Below, in pieces: positions 35,727 through 42,241 of a DNA stretch of 64,000 nt (positions within the stretch are counted from its first letter, which is position 1; the number at the start of each line of letters is the position of its first letter). The translations under genes and the position numbers were made by a program. The DNA comes from Lachnospiraceae bacterium. GTDB lineage: Bacteria; Bacillota; Clostridia; Lachnospirales; Lachnospiraceae. The notes under the pieces are model-generated. The model was not told where the DNA came from and searched no databases. It saw nothing but the letters and a program-made list of their open reading frames with translations. The stretch is taken from positions 515 through 64,514 of the forward strand of contig JAEEQC010000002.1 in the NCBI GenBank assembly GCA_016285135.1. Direction: 5' to 3'.

Positions 35727-38024
35727 TTACTTTGTTGCAGCTTCTGTAACAGCTTCCGGCGCAGGCTCAGGCGGTGTGCAGAAGCACTCTTTAGCCAGAC
35801 GTACAAGGTCTTCATCGAGCTTGCCCTCTCTCACCATCGCCTCAAGGATTGAGAAGATCTTCTCATTGCTGAGAGACTCCTTGCGGTAAGGTCTGTCGCT
35901 TGACGAAAGCGAGTCGAAAACATCCATGATCGTAAGGATCCGAACTTCGACAGGAAGATCATCAGCCGTAAGATGCTTGGGATAACCTGAGCCGTCAAGG
36001 TATTCATGGTGAGCCGCAGCAATGAATTTAACACGCTTATACTTGTCACCGAAAGTGATCTGCGACAGGATCTTATCCGTATATTCAACGTGCTGCTCGA
36101 TGATGTGACGTTCTTCTGCCGAAAGCGTACCTTTACGGATACGAAGCATATTAAGCTCGTCCTCGGTCACAAGATCCACCTTGTCATCGCCCCGGCCGTA
36201 GGAAAGACCTTCAAGGGAATTGACCTTTTCAAGCATATCATCCGGCAGGAATCCTGCTGTATTGACTTTCTTGATAAACTCCATATTCTCATGGAGGCTT
36301 GCAACCTGCTCATCAAAAGCTGCTTTATCGATCTGTCCGCCGGCAGCTTCTGTCTTAAGGATCTGTTCTATGAGCTTAAAGCGCATCTCCATGATCGGAA
36401 GCCTGTCGGAAAGACGGTCGGCCTTGTTCATTACATGAAGAGGAGTGATCATCTTGCCGACATCGTGAAGCTTCGCAGCCATGACAAGCTCTTCGCGGTC
36501 ATCATTCGAAATATCGTAAGGAACCTTATTCTCAAGGAAAAGATTCTGGAGGTATCTGCAGAATCTGTCGCAGTAATCCGCAACATGCATCGTATGGTTG
36601 GCATTATAGGGAGTGCGTGAGTCTATTGCGGTAACCATCGCACCCACGAAGGAATTCAACAGATCCTTGAGTTCTCGGATCATAAGCATGTTCGAGAGCG
36701 AAATGGCTGCCTGGGAAGCAAGTGACGATGTGATGAACTCGTTATTCTCACTGAAGTTGCAGACATCACCGTTTATATCGAGCGCATTTATGAGCTGCAG
36801 GACACCGATCACCTTGCCGTCGTGATTCTCGAGCGGAATGACAAGCATCGAACGTGTTCTGTATCCGGTCATCTTGTCATATTCACGCGGACCCTTCCAG
36901 TTGAATCGTTCATTGGTATATACATCATCGACGTTTATGGTCTCTTTATGCAACGCACAATAAGCGCAGACATACTGTTCTTCAAGCTTGACAGGAGGCA
37001 TATTGATCGGCTCACCGTTACCGCCCATATAAACGTTCATGGTATTGTTACGCATGATCATGAAGTGCAGCTTGCCCTCATTGAAGATGTAAAGCGTACC
37101 GGCATCGCAGTTCGCGATCTCCATGGCCTCACCGATGATGTTCTCAAGGAGCTTGGCGTAATCCTTCTGTATGGTAAGCTCACGACCGATCTCGAGGATC
37201 CTCTCCATGTCGTCCGTAACTTCCATATTGATACGGTTGCGCATGTGGAAAGGATAAAGACAGTTCTTAATGAGGTAGTTATACGACTTCATCAGTCTTT
37301 CATCATCACCGACCTCAATGAGCACCGAAGGCTTGTTCTTTATGAGCTGTCTGTAGTTAAGGATCGACCAGTCGATACTGCCGGTTCCGATCGCCATGTG
37401 CGAATCCTGATCCTTGTGATTGTCATTGGCATGGATATGCTTGATATAAGGAGCAAGCTCGTCAACCCATTCCTTAACCGAAAGATCCCAAAGATATGCA
37501 TGTGCTATATCAAAACAGATACCGAATCTAGGCTCGTCCCTTAAGTTCTCGGCTAACCTTCTGATAAGCTCCGGCGTATCGTCGTACATGTTCTCGACAT
37601 ATATTTCGAGCGCGGGGAAATCATCAAGAAGCTGCTTGTAAAAAGCAGTCATATCCTTGACCCATTTATCTCTGTACGGAAGGCTCTTAAATCCGACTAT
37701 ATAATTCGTATGGAAAATAACGGCACGACACTCAAGTCTGACCGCAGTTTCGCAGCTAAGATAAACTCTCTTGATGCTTGCTTCCCTGATCGCCGGATCC
37801 GGAGAATTGAGCACGATATCATAGAAGACGCCATGAAAGGTATCCTTTGTTCTGTCTCTGTCGAGTGCCAGATACTTTTGTATCGTGGCCTCGTATTCTT
37901 CCTTATCCTCGATAAGTGACGGATCAAAGAAATCATTGTATTCAAATACCGCATTAAGCTCTTTGGCAATACGTGCCCACTTCTCAACATCATTTCTGTT
38001 GGGAATGATATGAAGCTGGTTCAT
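35727..38024 (-). CDS. Three-domain fusion: xylose-isomerase-like TIM barrel (sugar phosphate isomerase/epimerase family) + GAF + HD-GYP phosphohydrolase
   Basis: N-terminal part: AVIFHTNY, YVENMYDD, FGICFDIAHAY, HIHANDNHKDQDSHMAIGTGSIDW. Middle GAF-like part: CDAGTLYIF ... RSMLVIPLENHDGKVIGVLQLINA. C-terminal part: KLHDVGKMITP and AAAHHEYLDGSGYP (HD...HHExxDGxGYP). Confidence 0.8.
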   Translation of the reverse strand: MNQLHIIPNRNDVEKWARIAKELNAVFEYNDFFDPSLIEDKEEYEATIQKYLALDRDRTKDTFHGVFYDIVLNSPDPAIREASIKRVYLSCETAVRLECRAVIFHTNYIVGFKSLPYRDKWVKDMTAFYKQLLDDFPALEIYVENMYDDTPELIRRLAENLRDEPRFGICFDIAHAYLWDLSVKEWVDELAPYIKHIHANDNHKDQDSHMAIGTGSIDWSILNYRQLIKNKPSVLIEVGDDERLMKSYNYLIKNCLYPFHMRNRINMEVTDDMERILEIGRELTIQKDYAKLLENIIGEAMEIANCDAGTLYIFNEGKLHFMIMRNNTMNVYMGGNGEPINMPPVKLEEQYVCAYCALHKETINVDDVYTNERFNWKGPREYDKMTGYRTRSMLVIPLENHDGKVIGVLQLINALDINGDVCNFSENNEFITSSLASQAAISLSNMLMIRELKDLLNSFVGAMVTAIDSRTPYNANHTMHVADYCDRFCRYLQNLFLENKVPYDISNDDREELVMAAKLHDVGKMITPLHVMNKADRLSDRLPIMEMRFKLIEQILKTEAAGGQIDKAAFDEQVASLHENMEFIKKVNTAGFLPDDMLEKVNSLEGLSYGRGDDKVDLVTEDELNMLRIRKGTLSAEERHIIEQHVEYTDKILSQITFGDKYKRVKFIAAAHHEYLDGSGYPKHLTADDLPVEVRILTIMDVFDSLSSSDRPYRKESLSNEKIFSILEAMVREGKLDEDLVRLAKECFCTPPEPAPEAVTEAATK

Positions 38025-38043
38025 TTACTCCTCCTCTTTACTA

Positions 38044-39882
38044 TCATTCTACCGAAACTTCTTCAGGCTCAACAATACCGACGACGTTATAAACCATGAT
38101 ACTCTTAGACTTACCCTTAAGAGGGATAGCACCGATCTCTTCTACCGTAAGTCTTCCGTCGAGACGTCTTAATACCTCTTCACTGATAAGGAGCTGTCCT
38201 GCCTTGGCATTCGACTCAAGACGCGACGAAGTGTTGACCGTATCACCGATAGCCGTGTAGTCCATTCGGAATTCACAACCGATATTACCGATGACTGCCT
38301 CACCGCAGTTTACACCGATACCGAAGTTGATGGTACGTCCGTATTTCTCCATCAGAGTTTCCTGAAGCTTCTGTCCGCTCTGAAGGATGTCCCAACCTGT
38401 ATGTACAGCGCGGTATACATAGTCATCGAGATCGAAAGGCGAGTTAAATACCGCCATACATGCATCACCGATGAACTTGTCGATCGTACCCTTGTTCTTG
38501 AAGACGGCATCCGTAACTACCGCAAAGTACTCGTTAAGGATATTAACGACTTCTTCAGGACTTAAGTTCTCCGACATTGTTGTAAAACCACGAATATCAA
38601 TGAATAAAACAGCGATGTCTTTGTTGCGTCCACCAAGGTTGAGCACGAAATCACCCTGACCTGCTACCTCATCAACAATCTGAGGTGCAACATACATCTT
38701 AAAGGCATTTTGAATGCTCCTCTTAGCAGATCTTGCTTTTACGTAATGGTGAATTACCATACCTATATACGAAAGTATGATAGAAAGCATAAACGAAAAC
38801 TGACTTATTACAGTTCCGTCATCATATAATGTTTTACCAAGTAACAGATTTGCACCGATAAAGAACACAGCGATTATAGCGTCAATCTGTAACGGGCAGA
38901 AGCACATTACGAAGAATATAAGTGCTGCTACCAATCCATAGATAATACCTAAAAGGATATAACTTGCATCGGTCTGGAATGCATGATCGTTCATCGCCTC
39001 GATAATATTTGCATGCACTTCGACACCATACATTGTAGCTGTATGATCTGAAGGGACAAAGAAATCGTCCTGTAATCCGTTAGCATATCCACCGATTAAA
39101 ACAATTTGATTTTTAAAGTATCTTGAATCCACATCACCGTTGTAGACATCTATAAGGGATACACGAGACACTTCTCCTCGTCCGCCTGAGTAAGAAAATC
39201 TGAATTGCCTGTGCTCATATTTAGTAAAATCTATCGATTCCAATCCGTTTTTTTCGTTATACAGTTTGTACGCAGCATAAGCAAAACTGTCCCCAGTAAA
39301 TTCTTTCCTTGTAAAACAGGGGATGAATGTTCTGATATATTTGTCGTATACAGGGGAATTATTCGTAAAGCCTTTTATAGGATTAATTGCTTCAAGTTCT
39401 GGATAAAGATCTCCTACTTTTACAATTTTGGCTGAGTCAAGCTCTTTTTTACCTGTACTGTCAGTAATAATTTCATCATCAAACTCAATCCTTGTTCCGA
39501 AAACAATATTACCGCATTTTTTTGCAAACTCAGCAAAAGATTTGTCGGATTCCACATCGCGATTTCCGGTAAAAACAATATCAAATGCAACTACAGCAGG
39601 TTGAGCATCATCACTGTAGATATTTCTGAGAACTTTTTCATAGATATCCCTGGTATAAAAATTCGGATGCCCAAGTTGATTCATGGTCTCCTCGTCGATC
39701 GCAATAATAGTCATGGGAATATCGAAAGGCCTATCATTCATATATGCGAGGTCAAAAATATAATTATCAATTACCTGGAAAATACCGAAATACTCAACGG
39801 TGAATATAGTAACCAGAATACCCAAAGAAATAAGAATTCGTCTAAGTAACGATTCCTTTTTTACCTTAAAATCAAACTTCAT
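38044..39882 (-). CDS. CHASE2-type membrane sensor fused to class III adenylate/guanylate cyclase
   Basis: N-terminal TM, an extracytoplasmic ~300 aa and 3-4 TMs (CHASE2 layout). Catalytic part: VLFIDIRGFTTMSE, IDKFIGDACMAVF, GVNCGEAVIGNIG, DYTAIGDTVNTSSRLES. Start chosen at MKFDFKVKK (ATG 39882) because the predicted promoter lies at 39945-39973. Confidence 0.82.
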   Translation of the reverse strand: MKFDFKVKKESLLRRILISLGILVTIFTVEYFGIFQVIDNYIFDLAYMNDRPFDIPMTIIAIDEETMNQLGHPNFYTRDIYEKVLRNIYSDDAQPAVVAFDIVFTGNRDVESDKSFAEFAKKCGNIVFGTRIEFDDEIITDSTGKKELDSAKIVKVGDLYPELEAINPIKGFTNNSPVYDKYIRTFIPCFTRKEFTGDSFAYAAYKLYNEKNGLESIDFTKYEHRQFRFSYSGGRGEVSRVSLIDVYNGDVDSRYFKNQIVLIGGYANGLQDDFFVPSDHTATMYGVEVHANIIEAMNDHAFQTDASYILLGIIYGLVAALIFFVMCFCPLQIDAIIAVFFIGANLLLGKTLYDDGTVISQFSFMLSIILSYIGMVIHHYVKARSAKRSIQNAFKMYVAPQIVDEVAGQGDFVLNLGGRNKDIAVLFIDIRGFTTMSENLSPEEVVNILNEYFAVVTDAVFKNKGTIDKFIGDACMAVFNSPFDLDDYVYRAVHTGWDILQSGQKLQETLMEKYGRTINFGIGVNCGEAVIGNIGCEFRMDYTAIGDTVNTSSRLESNAKAGQLLISEEVLRRLDGRLTVEEIGAIPLKGKSKSIMVYNVVGIVEPEEVSVE

Positions 39883-39944
39883 ACTTTTCCCCTTCTCCCG
39901 AACAATTATACGTATTTGCCATTTTTCAATTACAGCCAAACTTT

Positions 39945-39973
39945 ATTATATATCAAATACTATCCTTTCGCAA
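39945..39973 (-). promoter_or_regulatory. Putative promoter of the cyclase / HD-GYP operon
   Basis: Minus strand reads TTGCGA, a 17-nt spacer, then TATAAT. Confidence 0.55.
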
Positions 39974-40062
39974 ATATGATTTTTTGCATATAGTTCACTC
40001 TATTACTAGTAAAAAATCTCTATTTATAACTCCTAATGTTTTTTTTGTCATGTACAGATTAT

Positions 40063-40215
40063 AAACGGGCGCACGTAAAACACTTCCGGGCCCGTGTCGG
40101 GTCTCGCTACTTAACGAACGCAAGACTTTGTCGCAGCGTGAGTTTAGTAGCGTAAGGGGTACCCGACCCGGAGCGAAAGCGTGCGCCGGAAGTGTTTTAC
40201 GTGACAGCCCGTTAT
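40063..40215. repeat. ~150-nt GC-rich long imperfect palindrome (structured RNA or MITE/REP-like element), copy A
   Basis: Outer pairing aacgggc / gcccgtt. Perfect 17-bp pairing acgtaaaacacttccgg (40073-40089) / ccggaagtgttttacgt (40186-40202). Inner pairings gtcgggt / acccgac and cgctact / agtagcg. Contains a gcGAAAgc tetraloop hairpin. Confidence 0.6.
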
Positions 40216-40243
40216 TTTGCTTTTTACATCTATAATTTTACTA

Positions 40244-40277
40244 TATAAAAAGTGCCTCGCCATATAGACGAGGCACT
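40244..40277 (-). terminator. Rho-independent terminator after the GGGtGRT gene
   Basis: 9-bp stem agtgcctcg / cgaggcact followed on the minus strand by TTTTTATATAG. Confidence 0.75.
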
Positions 40278-40310
40278 CTATTAACACATAATGTTATTTG
40301 TTTTTTTTGA

Positions 40311-41321
40311 TCAGCACTTTCCGTTATCGAAAGCTTCCTGAACAGCAACTGCTACAGCTACCGTAGCTCCAACCATGGGGTTGTTACCCATTCCGATGAG
40401 ACCCATCATCTCAACGTGAGCGGGAACTGACGAAGAACCTGCGAACTGAGCATCACTGTGCATACGTCCCATTGTATCTGTCATACCGTAGGAAGCAGGA
40501 CCTGCTGCCATGTTATCGGGATGAAGTGTACGACCTGTGCCGCCGCCCGATGCTACCGAGAAGTACTTCTTGCCCTTCTCGTTGCACTCTTTCTTGTATG
40601 TACCAGCAACGGGATGCTGGAAACGTGTGGGATTGGTTGAGTTACCGGTGATGGAAACGTCAACGCCTTCCTTCCACATGATTGCAACGCCTTCTGTAAC
40701 GTCGTCTGCGCCGTAGCAGTTAACCTTGGCACGAGGGCCGTTAGAGTATGCTGTACGCTTGATCTCTTTAACTTCGCCCGAGAAGTAGTCCATCTCTGTC
40801 TCTACGAATGTGAATCCGTTGATACGGGAAATGATCTGAGCTGCGTCTTTTCCGAGACCGTTAAGGATAACCCTGAGGGGCTTCTTACGTACGCGGTTAG
40901 CCTTCTCAGCGATACCGATAGCGCCCTCTGCAGCTGCGAATGACTCGTGACCTGCAAGGAAGCAGAAGCAATCTGTCTCCTCTTCAAGGAGCATCTTGCC
41001 GAGGTTACCGTGTCCGAGACCTACCTTACGGTGATCAGCAACCGAACCGGGGATACAGAAAGCCTGAAGGCCTTCGCCGATAGCTGCGGATGCGTCTGCT
41101 GCTCTCTTGCAACCCTTCTTGATCGCGATAGCAGCACCTACTGTATATGCCCAGCATGCATTCTCAAAGCAGATGGGCTGGATCTTCTTAACAAGCGCAT
41201 AAACGTCGATACCGGCGTTCTTGCAGATGGTTTCGCATTCCTCGATAGAGGAGATGCCATACTGTGAAATGACCTTGTTGATCTGGTCAATTCTTCTCTC
41301 ATATGATTCAAATAAAGCCAT
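40311..41321 (-). CDS. GGGtGRT-family protein (conserved, function unknown)
   Basis: Eponymous motif VASGGGTGRTLHPDNMAAGPASYGMTDTMGR; 336 aa, as typical for the family; Gly/Ala-rich C-terminus GMGNNPMVGATVAVAVAV. Confidence 0.8.
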   Translation of the reverse strand: MALFESYERRIDQINKVISQYGISSIEECETICKNAGIDVYALVKKIQPICFENACWAYTVGAAIAIKKGCKRAADASAAIGEGLQAFCIPGSVADHRKVGLGHGNLGKMLLEEETDCFCFLAGHESFAAAEGAIGIAEKANRVRKKPLRVILNGLGKDAAQIISRINGFTFVETEMDYFSGEVKEIKRTAYSNGPRAKVNCYGADDVTEGVAIMWKEGVDVSITGNSTNPTRFQHPVAGTYKKECNEKGKKYFSVASGGGTGRTLHPDNMAAGPASYGMTDTMGRMHSDAQFAGSSSVPAHVEMMGLIGMGNNPMVGATVAVAVAVQEAFDNGKC

Positions 41322-41339
41322 GGTATAATCTCCTTCCTA

Positions 41340-42032
41340 TCATTCTTTTCTGGGATCGATGATCTTAACTGCATCATCAACACGACCATACTGTCCCTTA
41401 GCCTTTTCCCAAGCTGTAGTGGGATCGTCGCCCTTCTTGATGAAGTCTGTCATCTTTCCGAGGCTGACAAACTGGTAACCGATGATCTCGTCATTTGCAT
41501 CAAGAGCGATGCCTGTAACATAGCCCTCTGCCATCTCGAGATATCTGGGACCCTTCTTAAGTGTTCCGTACATTGTACCAACCTGGCTTCTGAGACCCTT
41601 TCCAAGGTCCTCAAGGCCTGCACCTACGGGAAGACCGTCATCAGAGAATGCGGACTGTGTACGACCGTAGATGATCTGGAGAGCGAGCTCTCTCATAGCT
41701 GTATTGATAGCGTCACAAACAAGATCAGAGTTCATAGCTTCGAGAACTGTCTTGCCGGGAAGGATCTCTGCTGCCATAGCAGCGGAGTGTGTCATACCCG
41801 AGCAGCCGATCGTCTCAACGAGCGCCTCCTGGATAACTCCGTCCTTTACATTGAGGGAAAGCTTGCATGCGCCCTGCTGAGGTGCACACCAGCCGATACC
41901 GTGTGTAAAGCCGTTGATCTCTTCAACCTTCTTGACCTTGGTCCACTTTCCTTCCTGAGGAATAGGAGCAGGATCATGCTTTGCGCCTTTGGCAACGGGG
42001 CACATCATTTCAACTTCGTGAGTATAGATCAT
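41340..42032 (-). CDS. IscU/NifU-N-like iron-sulfur cluster scaffold-domain protein with C-terminal extension
   Basis: GWCAPQQGACKLSLNVKDGVIQEALVETIGCSGMTHSAAMAAEILPGKTVLEA resembles the NifU N-terminal fold with conserved Cys. Start chosen at MIYTHEVEMM (ATG 42032, AAAGGAG RBS); the track ORF extends to 42122. Confidence 0.7.
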   Translation of the reverse strand: MIYTHEVEMMCPVAKGAKHDPAPIPQEGKWTKVKKVEEINGFTHGIGWCAPQQGACKLSLNVKDGVIQEALVETIGCSGMTHSAAMAAEILPGKTVLEAMNSDLVCDAINTAMRELALQIIYGRTQSAFSDDGLPVGAGLEDLGKGLRSQVGTMYGTLKKGPRYLEMAEGYVTGIALDANDEIIGYQFVSLGKMTDFIKKGDDPTTAWEKAKGQYGRVDDAVKIIDPRKE

Positions 42033-42112
42033 GTTGAAACTCCTTTCGTTTCTTTTGTTTTTATCTTGAACCAGACCTGCAAAAAACAGCCGGGTCTCGT
42101 TAACCGGGTGAT

Positions 42113-42141
42113 ATTTTCTCACATTTCTTTACAAATGTAAA
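42113..42141 (-). promoter_or_regulatory. Perfect 14-bp palindrome overlapping a putative -35, upstream of the IscU-like/GGGtGRT pair
   Basis: TTTACAAATGTAAA at 42128-42141. The minus strand gives TTTACA, a 17-nt spacer, then GAAAAT. Confidence 0.35.
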
Positions 42142-42241
42142 GAGCGCCAAACATTCTAGTTCGGTCAATTTCGTCTGTATTTGTCATCTAACCTTCGGAC
42201 AAAAAGCTATTGTTGACAGGCTTATGTATTTACAAAAAACA

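Noticed and set aside
36006-37544. 204-aa and 240-aa plus-strand ORFs
   Set aside because: They are antisense to the GAF and HD-GYP parts of the fusion gene. Shadow ORFs.
40063-40215. Integron attC site, CRISPR repeat, tRNA or tmRNA for the long hairpin elements (also 63830-63994)
   Set aside because: There is no intI gene and the termini fit RYYYAAC/GTTRRRY only loosely. There is no repeat-spacer periodicity and no cloverleaf or acceptor-stem features. The retron msr/msd idea was dropped because no reverse transcriptase gene is nearby.
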